In this document: positions 40,187 through 51,214 of the stretch, in pieces
Numbering within the stretch: position 1 is the stretch's first letter
How the letters are laid out: each line of letters begins with the position of its first letter
Source of the DNA: Phormidium sp.
GTDB taxonomy: Bacteria; Cyanobacteriota; Cyanobacteriia; Cyanobacteriales; Aerosakkonemataceae
Reading direction: 5' to 3'
Assembly: GCA_051013385.1 (NCBI GenBank)
Contig: CP143273.1
Span: forward strand, 1,312,001-1,376,000
Length of the DNA: 64,000 bases
Program-made: the position numbers and the translations under genes
The notes under the pieces: model-generated
Database searches by the model: none
Told to the model about the DNA's origin: nothing
What the model saw: only the letters and a program-made list of their open reading frames with translations

Positions 40187-43075
40187 TTACATTCTGGCGA
40201 AGTGTTCTAAGAGCGATCGATGAATGAAAATAAAACCACCACCAACTTTTTGCAGAAAAATTAGCTTGGTACAGCGATCGAGAAAACCTGCATAATTCCA
40301 AGGAATATCGCCATTAATATAGAGAACGAGGCGCAACACAAAATGTTTAACGCAAGCTTCGCCACCGCCAATAACTAATCCGAAACACATCCCCAAAAAT
40401 GTCCACAACAAAAGCGGCGTATGCAATATTTGAGCAATTAATCCCATACAAAGTACGCCAATTAATGCCAATATCAGTGAATTTTTGCCACTATTCCAAA
40501 TTCCTTGATTCGGAACAGTAACGGTAGCAATTCCGGCACCAGTTAGCCCACGAATTAACCCAAAAGTCAGCCCTAAACTCAGTCCCCAACCTAAACCTAA
40601 AATTATCGAATGTTGGATTGCTGGGTGAAAAATTTGTCCTTTAGTTGTAAATAATATCTCATAAAGCGGTCTAAAAATCAAGCCAAATGGCAAACTAAAA
40701 ATTAAACCAAAAATCAAGTTCTTTCTAGTTTTTTTCCAAGACCATTGTAAAGTTTCCACTGGGTTTATTTGATTAATTCCTATAAAAATCGCCCAAAGCA
40801 ATCCCATTACCAACCAATAAATTGCTTTTTTTGTTGAGTACAAGTTGGTAAATACCGAGACAATACCTAGACAATAAATTAACAACAAACCTATTAAATA
40901 CATCCATCTTTCCTGGGTATTTCTCAACCAATTCGGCTGCATTCTTTCAATTAAAAATACCGTTTGCGATTCCAATTCCATTTGTTTAGCAAGTCTACTC
41001 AACCAGTGCTTTACCTGTTCTTTAGTCTCAGTAATAGTCGCACCTTTGCGGTTAAACATTCTGTCGATATAAGCATTAAATAAATGTTGGTGAAGTTCAC
41101 CTTTACTTTTTTTAGTTAATTCGCTAATCGATAATCCTTGATTGGCGAGAGTGATGATACTTAACATCAAGGGAGATTTGACTAATTCTTGTAATGTTTC
41201 ATCTTCGGATATGGCGCGGTTAAATGCTGTTACTTCAATTCCGGCGTTGACAATATATTGTTGAATTTGTGCGGGAGTTAGGGGTTGTAAATAAATCGCT
41301 GCTTGTAAACTTAATCGCTGAGAAAGTGCGTCATAATCTTTAATTCGGCTGCACACAACTATTTCGGTTTGTCCATATTTTTGGATAAATTTATTTAAGG
41401 CTAACACACAAGCGGGTCGGCGTTTGGGGCTAACTTCGTCTAAGCCATCTAATAATAGCAGTAATTGTTGTTGTTCCAGCCAATTTCTGCCAATTTCTGG
41501 TGAAACTTGATATTTGGTGTGCAATTCTTTCACTAGCCAATCAGCAATTGTTTGTCTTTCTTCTGTCCAAGAAGATAAGTTAAATACTACGGGAATTGGT
41601 TGGGTTAAGTCTAATTGCGATCGCCCAATTAAATCTTTCCCTAATTCTAATAAAGTTGTAGTTTTCCCCGCCCCAGGTTCGCCTAAAATCAGCAAACTGC
41701 GCCCTACTCCCAACTGAGCGAACTTTTCGCTAACAGTGGTTCCTTTGGGTAAAATTTGCCTTGGCAAGTTGCAACTTTCCCAGACTAAACCCCAAGGATA
41801 TTCCACCGCATCTAACCGTTCTTCTAATCCTAATTCTATCAGAATCTTCCCATGTAGGGAATTTTCCAACACTCCATTAATCCAGTAATTCGTAACTTTA
41901 TTGAGCAAGATTTGTCGATAGCGATAATCTTGTTGACTGAGTTGTTTAAAAAGTTGCTGATAATTGTTTTTTTTCGCTATTTCTGGAGTGGCGATCGCTT
42001 TTTCAACCAAGGGCCATTTTATGGGTAAATAAGCGGGATTTTGACAAATAACTGGCAACCAAGTAGCGCAAGGAAACTGATTTTCAATTCCTTGTAATCT
42101 TTCTCTTGCTGTGCGAACTGACTGATAAAATGGTGTCCCATTAGCGAAACTAATGAGGAAATATTTCAAAAATTCCTGGGCTACTTTATCTGGTACTGGT
42201 TCCCGCATTACAATCATTTGGGGAATGTTTAAACTTGCCAAATCTTGCGCTAAACCTAATCCATCACAGGAGTTAAAAATCGCCAATTGTAACCCATTTT
42301 CTACCGCTTTTGTTAAGGCATATCTCAACTGTTCGATGGTTAAACTTTCGCTATAATTAATTTGAATTTCGCCTTGAGTTTCGCTAGAACTGTGCCCCGC
42401 AAAGAATAAAATATCCCAAGAATTTTCCCATAAGTAATCTTGGAGTTGTTGCGATCGCGGTTTTTCCAAAAAAGCGATCGTCGCTGAAGGTAATTTTTCT
42501 AGCAAACTTCGATCGGTTTTCACATCAATTCCTTCGCTACTTCCCAGAATAGCTAAAATTTTTACTGGAGTTGCGATCGGTTTGAATTCTCCACCCTTAT
42601 AATTAGGAAGACTCAGGGCAATTTCCGCTTGCTGATAACGTGCAAATAAATCCCATAAATGCCAAGGGAGTCGCTGCAAAAACAGATCTTGGGTTTGTAA
42701 AATCACTCGCACGCTATCATTTTGTTGCACTTCCGAGAGAATAGTTTCTCGCAAATCCAAACAACCAGGTTGACGTAACCAAAAATTCAATTTATCCCGC
42801 AATAATTGTGCTTTACTATGGCAATCTTCCCAGTCTTCTTGCTGCGAAATATTCGTTATCTGTCGGTCGGCGATTTTAATCCGCCTATCCATTCCTCCCA
42901 AACGGCGATAACTGGAAACCCAACCTTTGTAGAGGTGAGGAATTTCCAATTCAGGCGGGAGAAATCGGACAATTTCTAATCGGGGTATGCTACCATCTTC
43001 TCCGATTTGCAGTGTCACCGGAAACCCTAACTCGAAATTGCCTGCACCAAATTTTAAAACAACCAGCCGCTCCAT
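40187..43075 (-). CDS. CHAT (caspase-like) protease - NACHT NTPase - multi-TM protein
   Basis: FFAGHS and IFNSCDG dyad; Walker A GEPGAGKTT; Walker B LLLLDGLDEV; hydrophobic C-terminus ending GGGFIFIHRSLLEHF. Confidence 0.9.
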   Translation of the reverse strand: MERLVVLKFGAGNFELGFPVTLQIGEDGSIPRLEIVRFLPPELEIPHLYKGWVSSYRRLGGMDRRIKIADRQITNISQQEDWEDCHSKAQLLRDKLNFWLRQPGCLDLRETILSEVQQNDSVRVILQTQDLFLQRLPWHLWDLFARYQQAEIALSLPNYKGGEFKPIATPVKILAILGSSEGIDVKTDRSLLEKLPSATIAFLEKPRSQQLQDYLWENSWDILFFAGHSSSETQGEIQINYSESLTIEQLRYALTKAVENGLQLAIFNSCDGLGLAQDLASLNIPQMIVMREPVPDKVAQEFLKYFLISFANGTPFYQSVRTARERLQGIENQFPCATWLPVICQNPAYLPIKWPLVEKAIATPEIAKKNNYQQLFKQLSQQDYRYRQILLNKVTNYWINGVLENSLHGKILIELGLEERLDAVEYPWGLVWESCNLPRQILPKGTTVSEKFAQLGVGRSLLILGEPGAGKTTTLLELGKDLIGRSQLDLTQPIPVVFNLSSWTEERQTIADWLVKELHTKYQVSPEIGRNWLEQQQLLLLLDGLDEVSPKRRPACVLALNKFIQKYGQTEIVVCSRIKDYDALSQRLSLQAAIYLQPLTPAQIQQYIVNAGIEVTAFNRAISEDETLQELVKSPLMLSIITLANQGLSISELTKKSKGELHQHLFNAYIDRMFNRKGATITETKEQVKHWLSRLAKQMELESQTVFLIERMQPNWLRNTQERWMYLIGLLLIYCLGIVSVFTNLYSTKKAIYWLVMGLLWAIFIGINQINPVETLQWSWKKTRKNLIFGLIFSLPFGLIFRPLYEILFTTKGQIFHPAIQHSIILGLGWGLSLGLTFGLIRGLTGAGIATVTVPNQGIWNSGKNSLILALIGVLCMGLIAQILHTPLLLWTFLGMCFGLVIGGGEACVKHFVLRLVLYINGDIPWNYAGFLDRCTKLIFLQKVGGGFIFIHRSLLEHFARM

Positions 43076-43078
43076 ATT

Positions 43079-43996
43079 TTAAATTAAAAAATATTCGATA
43101 ATACTGGCATCACCTAAACTTACCTTAACACTAAATCTTTCTCCGATTTCGCCGCTAAATTGCCACTGAATATAATTATCTGCTGTTCTAGCTTGAGTTG
43201 CAATTAGTTGGTTTCCCAATTCATCAAATAAAGTTAGCTGAATTGATGGCGGTAAAGTGTTCAGGTTTCCCGGAGAATGAAGCATCACCCGAATGTTGAT
43301 AGTTTCCCGATCTTCCGGCTTAATTTCCAATACTAAAGCCAAAAAATTATCAGCCAATTCAATTAATTTAGCCCGATTAATTTCTGCCTCTGATTCAGTT
43401 TGGCTGTTTCTAAAACTAAAGGCTAATTGAGTTTGGGGAGGATTTAATATGGCGGCTACTTCTTGCCAAGTTGCATCAAATATGTTGTCCAACCATTGAC
43501 TTAAATTTACTACGGGATTGGGAAGGGTTTCGTGGAGTTTTGTCAGTAATAATTCTAGAGGTTGTAAATTAGCGATCGCCACCCTTTCCCTTGTTACCTC
43601 TGGCAGAAATCCCCAAATTTTCCCGGCTAAGAAATCCTCATCTATTTCTACCACAACATAGCCAATTCTATCTAACCAAACTTCTAAAGGAATCCGACAA
43701 AATTCCGCCCCTTTTCTAATTGGACGACATTCCAATTTTCCCTTTCCTCTCACCACAAGATCGGCAATATCTGCCATCATCCTCACAGTCGGATTCCAAC
43801 TATCGCTAGTTGCTAAATTGGGAGAAAATCCTAACATTTGCAAACAGTCATTTACGACTAAAACCGCTAGGGTATTTAAGAATACTTGTTCCGCTTTTTC
43901 TGATGTCGGTTGTTGTCGAGAAAACTCAGCAGCAAGACGGCGATAATCTTGAGGAATCGGTAAAGAAATCGTTAAATCTTCAGTAGTTGCTGACAT
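43079..43996 (-). CDS. DUF1822 family protein
   Basis: FLNTLAV, SDSWN, ADL..GKLECRP, DRIGYVVV, VNLSQWL and FSGEIGERF motifs; ATG at 43996. Confidence 0.85.
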   Translation of the reverse strand: MSATTEDLTISLPIPQDYRRLAAEFSRQQPTSEKAEQVFLNTLAVLVVNDCLQMLGFSPNLATSDSWNPTVRMMADIADLVVRGKGKLECRPIRKGAEFCRIPLEVWLDRIGYVVVEIDEDFLAGKIWGFLPEVTRERVAIANLQPLELLLTKLHETLPNPVVNLSQWLDNIFDATWQEVAAILNPPQTQLAFSFRNSQTESEAEINRAKLIELADNFLALVLEIKPEDRETINIRVMLHSPGNLNTLPPSIQLTLFDELGNQLIATQARTADNYIQWQFSGEIGERFSVKVSLGDASIIEYFLI

Positions 43997-44010
43997 AAAA
44001 TTTATCCTTT

Positions 44011-44673
44011 TTAAATATATCCTTGTTGTTTGCCAAATTCCCGTAACAGCTTCAGGCAATGTCGGGAATAAAAACTACTTAAAGTAGTGTTCTTAATCTG
44101 AAATTCTTTTGCTAGTACTTCCCAAGGTGTTTCTGGAGGTAGGCGACGGAGAATTAGTACTTGACAATTAATTTCTGGTCGATCGCGAATATGTAAGCGC
44201 CGCAATTTACCTCCCGGATCTTGGTTTACCCAATCTTTAATTTCGGTTAAAATTGGCGGTAAATCTGGGGCATCTGCTAAATTATCAATCGGATTACGAT
44301 ATTCTCGATCTTGGTTTAATGGTAACATCGATCGCCAACGTTTTTGGTTCTCGGTTTCGATGCGACAATCTTGCAAACGACGTTTCAAATAAGCATTTAA
44401 CCAAGTGATTACACTCGCTTTTTCCTCATCGTAGCGATCGCCTGTCACCGCCTCACAAAGATTGCGACAAAAATAAATCCAGGTAAGTTGGAGAGCATCT
44501 TCATATTCCGGCGATCGCTCTTGCCAAAGCTTACCAGATTGTTGAATTATCCTGATCAATTTTGTTAATCCCAAACAGCGTGACAAACTATTAGGAGGAT
44601 GAGTACAAGTTGCTATTATTAGCGATCGCAACTCCCCGAAAAGTTCTTTTGTATAATCTCGATCGCTCATCAT
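44011..44673 (-). CDS. Sigma-70/ECF-like (HetZ-related) protein
   Basis: Region-2-like YEDALQLTW...YDEEKASVITWLNAYLKRR and C-terminal HTH PWEVLAKEFQIKNTTLSSFYSR. Confidence 0.75.
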   Translation of the reverse strand: MMSDRDYTKELFGELRSLIIATCTHPPNSLSRCLGLTKLIRIIQQSGKLWQERSPEYEDALQLTWIYFCRNLCEAVTGDRYDEEKASVITWLNAYLKRRLQDCRIETENQKRWRSMLPLNQDREYRNPIDNLADAPDLPPILTEIKDWVNQDPGGKLRRLHIRDRPEINCQVLILRRLPPETPWEVLAKEFQIKNTTLSSFYSRHCLKLLREFGKQQGYI

Positions 44674-44685
44674 TAAATTCCCCCT

Positions 44686-46539
44686 TCACCACCTGGGAGA
44701 AGCAGCAAGTAACTCAGTTGCTTCTTTCTCTGGTAAAGGTTTAGCAAATAAGTATCCTTGCCCAAATTCACATTTTAATTCGCGCAATTGTGCCAGTTGT
44801 TTTTCAGTTTCAATTCCTTCTGCTACTACGCTCATTTTCATAGTTTCGGCAATTTTCTTAATAGCAGGAATTAATCCTAAACTTTCTAAAGTTCCATCTA
44901 ATTTACTGACAAAAGATCTGTCCACTTTCAGTGTATCAACTGGGAAATTATGCAGGTAACTTAAAGAAGAATACCCGGTGCCAAAATCATCAATACTTAA
45001 TTGAATTCTTCTTTGGCGTAACTCTTGCAAAATTGCTTTGGCGGATTGAGCATTATTGATAAATGCACTTTCTGTGATTTCCAATTTAAGATTTTGCGGA
45101 TTTATTTGAGCTTCCGCCAGAATTTGGTCAATTTGTTCGACTATATCGAGTTGGGCAAATTGTTTAGCAGAAATATTAACACTCATGAAAATAGATTCAT
45201 CTATAAGTTTTTCCTGATGCCATTGTTGTACTTGATGGCAAGCTTGTGACAATACTATTTTACCAATTGAGTTGATTAAGCCTGTTTCTTCGGCTAGGGG
45301 AATAAACAAAACTGGGGGAACTATTCCTCTGGTGGGGTGTTGCCAGCGAACTAAGGCTTCAAATCCGGTAATTTTGCCTGTGCAAAGGGAAATTATTGGC
45401 TGATAATGTACAACAAACTCTTTTTGTTGAATGGCTTTTCGTAAGTCATTTTCTAACTGTAAAGCTTGCATTGCAGCGGCGTGCATTGTCGGATCAAAAA
45501 CGTGATATTGTCCTTTACCTAATGTTTTTGCTCGATACATAGCGGTGTCGGCATCCCGCAGTATATGTTCGGCTTGTTCGTAACTATGATTACCTAAAGC
45601 AACTCCGATACTAGCATTAATAAAAACTTCGTTTCTTTTTAATTGAAAGGGAAAGGAAAAGGCTTTCAGTATTTGATCTGCTACTTTAGTTACACTGTTA
45701 ATATTATCAATCTGTTTGAGGAGGATAGCAAATTCGTCGCCGCCAAATCGTGCGATCGTACTCTCGGAAGTTAGAATTGACTTTAATCGATGAGTTAAAG
45801 CGATTAAAAGTTCATCTCCTACTAAATGACCTAGAGAATCATTAATTACTTTAAAGCGATCGCAATCCAAAAACAACACAGCAAATTGATAATCAGCATT
45901 TTCCTGAGCAACATTTAGCAGTTCCACCAGTTGCTCCATAAAAAAAGCTCGATTCGGTAATCCTGTCAGCGAATCATGGAGCGCCATATTCAGCAGTTTT
46001 GTTTGCAGCAACTTACGTTCTTGAATTTCGCGTTTTAACTCTTCAATTACTGCTTGTAACTGATAAGTACGTTCTTTTACTCTAGCTTCTAGTTCTGCAT
46101 TCAGTTTTTGATTTTGCTGCTTTGCCGCTTTTAGGGCTAGTTGAATGCGAACTCTTGCTAAAACTTCTTCAAATTGAAAAGGTTTACTAATATAATCAGC
46201 ACCACCTACTGTAAAAGCTTTTACCTTATCAAAAGCATCATTCAAAGCACTTAAAAAAATCACCGGAATTTCCGCAGTTTTTGGATTAGATTTCAGCCTT
46301 TCACATACTTCATATCCATCCATCACTGGCATCATAATATCCAGCAAAATCAAGTCTGGTAAAACTGTATCCATCGCCGTTAGCGCCATTTGTCCAGTCA
46401 GCGCCTTCCGCACGTTATAACCTTCATTTACCAAAAATGATGAAAGTAGACGTAAATTTTCTGCTGTATCGTCAACAATTAATATATCTTCTTTTTCATT
46501 TGCTACTGCTTGTTTGGTCAATTCTGTATCAACATTCAT
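44686..46539 (-). CDS. REC-GGDEF-EAL response regulator
   Basis: LLDIMMP receiver, HDSLTGLPNR, RFGGDEF, FEALVRW and DDFGTGYSS. Confidence 0.95.
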   Translation of the reverse strand: MNVDTELTKQAVANEKEDILIVDDTAENLRLLSSFLVNEGYNVRKALTGQMALTAMDTVLPDLILLDIMMPVMDGYEVCERLKSNPKTAEIPVIFLSALNDAFDKVKAFTVGGADYISKPFQFEEVLARVRIQLALKAAKQQNQKLNAELEARVKERTYQLQAVIEELKREIQERKLLQTKLLNMALHDSLTGLPNRAFFMEQLVELLNVAQENADYQFAVLFLDCDRFKVINDSLGHLVGDELLIALTHRLKSILTSESTIARFGGDEFAILLKQIDNINSVTKVADQILKAFSFPFQLKRNEVFINASIGVALGNHSYEQAEHILRDADTAMYRAKTLGKGQYHVFDPTMHAAAMQALQLENDLRKAIQQKEFVVHYQPIISLCTGKITGFEALVRWQHPTRGIVPPVLFIPLAEETGLINSIGKIVLSQACHQVQQWHQEKLIDESIFMSVNISAKQFAQLDIVEQIDQILAEAQINPQNLKLEITESAFINNAQSAKAILQELRQRRIQLSIDDFGTGYSSLSYLHNFPVDTLKVDRSFVSKLDGTLESLGLIPAIKKIAETMKMSVVAEGIETEKQLAQLRELKCEFGQGYLFAKPLPEKEATELLAASPRW

Positions 46540-46619
46540 GACTTATTGCCTTTTTTCCGAAAAATGCAGATTTACCTTTACTATATCTCTCAATCATTTT
46601 ACTTTCTCAAGTCACTAAT

Positions 46620-49600
46620 TTAACTCTTGCCTATTTTTTGCATTAACGCCATTATTTGCTCAAATTGAAAGTTTTCTACTAAATTACTCAAGGCATCACT
46701 CAAAACAGATATTTCTTGGGGAATTTGCTCAATCAATTCCAAAATTAAATTATCACTTCCTTGGGCAGCTGCATAATATAGATTTTCTGTCCACTCAATT
46801 GGCATCATTTGTAAGCAGGAAATCAGAGAATCCTTCTTGACTGGTACTACTGCATCTTTGATTCCTTCCTGTTCATAAACATATTTTATACCCAAATGGT
46901 TAGAGATTTTTTCTAGTAACTCTTGTTCTTGAAAAGGTTTACGGACAAAATCATCACATCCAGTAGATAAAATAACTTTTCGATCCTCTTCAAAAGCACT
47001 AGCAGTCAGAGCAATAATCACGGTTGCTTGACCTTTCAAATGCTTTTTGATCTGTCTGGTAGCTTCATAGCCATTCATTACAGGCATTCGCATATCCATC
47101 AAAATTAAATGTGGTTCCCAAGCTTCCCACATAGCCAAAGCTTGTTGACCATTTTCAGCTTCCTGTACTGCAAAACCTAAAGAAGTCAGTAATTTAATTA
47201 ACAATAATCGATTATTTAATTTATCTTCAACCACTAAAATTCGATAATTTTGTTGATTTGGAGCTATTCCAATAATTTTTCTCTTTTCCGAATTGATTCT
47301 CGGTTTCTGAGTAGATTGAGCAATCTTCACTGGAATCTTAAAGCTAAATTTTGCGCCGAAACCAAGTTCACTACTAACAAAAATTTTTCCTCCCATTATT
47401 TCCACAAATCTTTGACTAATGGATAAGCCTAAACCTGTGCCAGTACCAGAATTCAAACCACTTGTAGTTTGGGCGAAAGGAGTAAATAATTGACTTAATT
47501 CATTTGCTCCAATACCTGAGCCAGTATCAGAAACTTCAAAGAATAATTGCATGCTTTCTAATTCTGTAGCAGCATTATTTTCCATCTCTACGCGCAAAGT
47601 TACACTGCCAATTTGGGTAAATTTGATAGCATTACTCAGCAAATTAATTAAAACTTGCCGCAGTTTAGCTTCATCAGTTTTAATGTATTGTGGCACTTCG
47701 GAATTATACTCAAAGGTAAGTTTTAATTGCTTAGAGTCTGCTTTCAATTTAAACATTTCTTCTAAGCTATCTAGCAGACAATGTAAGTCAAAGCTATTTT
47801 CATTTAGGGTGATTCGTCCTGCTTCAATTTTGGACATCTCCAGAATTTCGTTAATTAATTCCAGTAAATGTTCTCCACTCCGGCTGATAATTCCCAGAGA
47901 TTCTTGATGATCAGTTGCTAAACTTTGGTCACGGTTCATTACTTGGGTAAAACCAAGAATTGCGTTTAATGGTGTGCGTAATTCGTGACTCATATTAGCC
48001 AAAAATTCGCTTTTAGCGCGGTTAGCAGCATCAGCCGCTTCTTTGGCTTTCATTAGTTCAACCGACTGTTGTTGAGTTTTGGCTAATAATTCTGCTTGCT
48101 GTAAAGCAACTCCTAATTGATTGCCGATTTGCACAACCATTTTAATTTCCGCTTCTTGCCATTGTCGGGGAGCATAATTTTGGTAACTTGCTAATAATCC
48201 CCATAATTGATTACCACAAAATATCGGCACGATAATATATGCTCTGGCTTGCAGTTTCCCTAGTAATTCTAAATAACAATCGTCAAAATTAGCAGTGTAA
48301 ATATCTGTGACACAACGGTAACTAGTTCCACTGCGATAAATTCCTCCTTGGGTTTCTTGCAAGTAAGTATCTTGGATTTGGTTATCTGCACTATCTAAAG
48401 CTTTTACGGCGCAATCTTCTGTACCAACAGCCGCTTTTGTTAAGACTGGTTGCTGTGATTCAACTAATAAATCCCATCCTGCTGCTACTGATTCGGCGAC
48501 AAGTTCTCCACTCCAATCAGGATTAAAGCGATAAACAAGTACCCGATCGCACTGCACAGCTTGGCGTAATTCTTGAGTTGTGGCGCTAAAAATTTGTTTA
48601 ATATCGAGTGTTTGGCGCATTCTTTGAATTACTCTGGCGATCGCTCTTTCTCGATCGGCTATTTCTCGCAAAGTTGACTCTACTTTTTTGCGCTCACTAA
48701 TATCCCGCACTACACAAACTGATGAGTTTTCATCAATTTTCGTCATACTTTTTTCTTGGGGGAAGAAGCTACCATTTTTACGTCTTCCTGTAGCTTCTAT
48801 GCGACAATTTCCATATTTAGCAAACTCAGGAATAAGTTCTCTTTCAAATCGCTCTAATTCATTTTTATCATAAAGATTGCGCCAATTTGTCCCCAGTAAG
48901 TCTCGCTCATTTTCGTAGCCATATATTCGCACATAAGCTTCATTTAAATAAACGTACCTGTCCTCTGCATCAACTATCGCAATTCCATCATTCACTGCTG
49001 CCATTGCTGCGGCTTGTTGCTGTAAAGCTAATTCGGCACTTTTGCGATCGCTAATATCCCGGATAATCCCCACTAAAACTTGCTCATCTTTCTCATCCTT
49101 AAAAGCGATTTTTTTAGTTAAAAGCGTGTGAACATTGCCTAAATTATCAGTTATTTCTTCTTCCCTTTCCTGCTCAATGCCACTACTAAAAACTAAGTCA
49201 TCATATTGCCAAAAAACTGTGGCTTCTGCGGGAGATAAAAAATCGTAATCTGACTTTCCGATTAACTCTTCACGATTATGACCCATTAATTGGCAAAAAG
49301 CATCATTGACCATTGTCCAACGATGTTGTTGGTCTTTGACAAAAATCGGATCGGACAATGCGTTAAGTACCCGATCTAAAAAATCTTTATTTGTCTTTAA
49401 ACGAGCTTCACTTTCTCTGAAAGCTAACTCAGCCGCAACTCTTTCTTTAATTTCTGTTTCCAGCGCCATATTAGCTGCTGTTAACTCAAACGTCCGTTCT
49501 TGGACGCGAATTTCTAACTCTTCATAAGCCTGACGTAAAGCAAACTCTGCTTTTTGTCGTTCAATAATCTCTCTTTGTAATTCTACATTCAATGCCTCTA

Positions 49601-49982
49601 GCTGTTCCGGCGTTTGTAATGCCAAAAACTGCGGTAGCAAATTTACCATTTGCAGTGCTGTGAAACAGGATACCAAAGCCGTTAAAGCATTCTCTATTCC
49701 TGTCAGCCAGTAAGCTGGATGCCACAGCGTCCAAACTTCCAGCAAGTGACCTAAACCGCAAAGAATTATAAAGGCGCTAAATAAAAAAAATACTTTATGG
49801 AAGGGAACGTCTTTTCGTTTACAGACAAAGTAAATTAGCAGCGATGGAATAGAAAAATAGGCGATCGCTATCAACAAATCGCTAACTAAGTGTAATCCTA
49901 CCAGTTGCGGTTTCCACAAATAGCAATGCCCATGAGGAATAAACTGGCTTGGTGAAGTGAAATTCTTAATTATTTCCCACAT
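46620..49982 (-). CDS. Hybrid histidine kinase: ethylene-receptor-like TM domain, PAS-PAS, cyanobacteriochrome GAF, HisKA/HATPase, REC
   Basis: [13 protein letters not shown] and IILCGLGH; two PAS domains; GAF with QDTYLQET and [20 protein letters not shown] and LMDMRMP. Confidence 0.92.
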   Translation of the reverse strand: MWEIIKNFTSPSQFIPHGHCYLWKPQLVGLHLVSDLLIAIAYFSIPSLLIYFVCKRKDVPFHKVFFLFSAFIILCGLGHLLEVWTLWHPAYWLTGIENALTALVSCFTALQMVNLLPQFLALQTPEQLEALNVELQREIIERQKAEFALRQAYEELEIRVQERTFELTAANMALETEIKERVAAELAFRESEARLKTNKDFLDRVLNALSDPIFVKDQQHRWTMVNDAFCQLMGHNREELIGKSDYDFLSPAEATVFWQYDDLVFSSGIEQEREEEITDNLGNVHTLLTKKIAFKDEKDEQVLVGIIRDISDRKSAELALQQQAAAMAAVNDGIAIVDAEDRYVYLNEAYVRIYGYENERDLLGTNWRNLYDKNELERFERELIPEFAKYGNCRIEATGRRKNGSFFPQEKSMTKIDENSSVCVVRDISERKKVESTLREIADRERAIARVIQRMRQTLDIKQIFSATTQELRQAVQCDRVLVYRFNPDWSGELVAESVAAGWDLLVESQQPVLTKAAVGTEDCAVKALDSADNQIQDTYLQETQGGIYRSGTSYRCVTDIYTANFDDCYLELLGKLQARAYIIVPIFCGNQLWGLLASYQNYAPRQWQEAEIKMVVQIGNQLGVALQQAELLAKTQQQSVELMKAKEAADAANRAKSEFLANMSHELRTPLNAILGFTQVMNRDQSLATDHQESLGIISRSGEHLLELINEILEMSKIEAGRITLNENSFDLHCLLDSLEEMFKLKADSKQLKLTFEYNSEVPQYIKTDEAKLRQVLINLLSNAIKFTQIGSVTLRVEMENNAATELESMQLFFEVSDTGSGIGANELSQLFTPFAQTTSGLNSGTGTGLGLSISQRFVEIMGGKIFVSSELGFGAKFSFKIPVKIAQSTQKPRINSEKRKIIGIAPNQQNYRILVVEDKLNNRLLLIKLLTSLGFAVQEAENGQQALAMWEAWEPHLILMDMRMPVMNGYEATRQIKKHLKGQATVIIALTASAFEEDRKVILSTGCDDFVRKPFQEQELLEKISNHLGIKYVYEQEGIKDAVVPVKKDSLISCLQMMPIEWTENLYYAAAQGSDNLILELIEQIPQEISVLSDALSNLVENFQFEQIMALMQKIGKS

Positions 49983-50332
49983 TGTTTAATTTTTAAAGTT
50001 TTTCAAACCCATAAGAGACTGTTCATCGTAACCTCTAATGCCTAACTGCATTATTACCACATCATGCTTAAGACATATTTTATAAAGTTAAGGTAATTTC
50101 TGTTGTTTAGTTAGTATGTTCCATATTTTAAAACTTTTTTGATTTTTTTCAATCTGAATCTATCTTACTATATGTGTTATAAAATACATTTTAATATAAA
50201 ATTTATCGATAAATTTACGTAATTACACATTAATTTATTTTTTTTTATGGATTTAAAATATCAGTTGGTTGATTAAATTAGCATTGCTTATAAATTAATA
50301 AGTTTCCATAGCCATAGCTTAACAAATCATCA

Positions 50333-51214
50333 ATGCCAGAGCAAAATTTCTTCCTTCCCCAACTTACAGATGATGGTTCTTTTACCTTTTTTTCCGCTGA
50401 ATTTGGCGAAACCTTTCACAGCCAAAGTGGTGCAATTCAAGAAGCCGAAGCCAAGTTTGTCCAACCATTACAGTTAACACAGCAAGCGGAAAAACCTAAA
50501 TTGCAATTACTAGACATCTGTTATGGTTTAGGGTATAATACCGCAGCAGCACTAAAAGCAATTTGGCAAATCAATCCCGATTGTCAGGTAGAAATATTCG
50601 CCTTGGAATTAGATGCCACAGTCCCCGCAGCTGCTTTTGCTCATGAGTTGATGAACAATTGGCCTGAGCCTATACCGCAAATTCTCACACAACTAGTCAG
50701 CCAGCGCCAAATCCAAACCGAAAACCTCAAAGCCACCTTACTAATTGGCGATGCTCGTTCTACTATCCAACAATTACCTCCCTACTGGCAAGCAGACGCA
50801 ATTTTCCTTGACCCCTTTTCTCCACCCAATTGTCCCCAACTTTGGACAGTAGAATTTTTAGGAAAAGTAGCCAAACACCTGAAGCCAGAAGGTAAACTTG
50901 CCACCTATTCCTGTTCCGCTGCTGTTAGGAGTGCGCTTAATGCAGCTGGGTTAAAAATTGGGGCGACAACACCTGTGGGTAGGCGTTCCCCAGGTACGAT
51001 CGCCAGCGAGAGCGCAAAAGACTTACCCCCCCTATCCCAGCAAGAACAAGAACACTTGCAAACTCGCGCCGCCATTCCCTACCGAGATCCGAATTTAGGC
51101 GATCGAGCCGATATAATTTTGCACCGTCGCCACTTAGAACAACAAACTTCCTCCCTAGAGCCCACCTCCCACTGGAAAAAACGCTGGCTATTGAATGCCC
51201 CCGTTACAGCGTAG
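50333..51214 (+). CDS. MnmC-like (MnmD domain) SAM-dependent methyltransferase
   Basis: TDDGSFT, ETFHS, DICYGLGYN and DPFSPPNCPQLW motifs. Confidence 0.85.
   Translation: MPEQNFFLPQLTDDGSFTFFSAEFGETFHSQSGAIQEAEAKFVQPLQLTQQAEKPKLQLLDICYGLGYNTAAALKAIWQINPDCQVEIFALELDATVPAAAFAHELMNNWPEPIPQILTQLVSQRQIQTENLKATLLIGDARSTIQQLPPYWQADAIFLDPFSPPNCPQLWTVEFLGKVAKHLKPEGKLATYSCSAAVRSALNAAGLKIGATTPVGRRSPGTIASESAKDLPPLSQQEQEHLQTRAAIPYRDPNLGDRADIILHRRHLEQQTSSLEPTSHWKKRWLLNAPVTA

Noticed and set aside
43997..44059. Extended N-terminus of DUF1822
   Set aside because: Overlaps the sigma-like gene; the AAAGGA RBS supports ATG 43996
49983..50332. Very AT-rich intergenic region as a possible replication origin or ncRNA
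   Set aside because: No DnaA-box cluster or stable structure seen; consistent with a divergent promoter region
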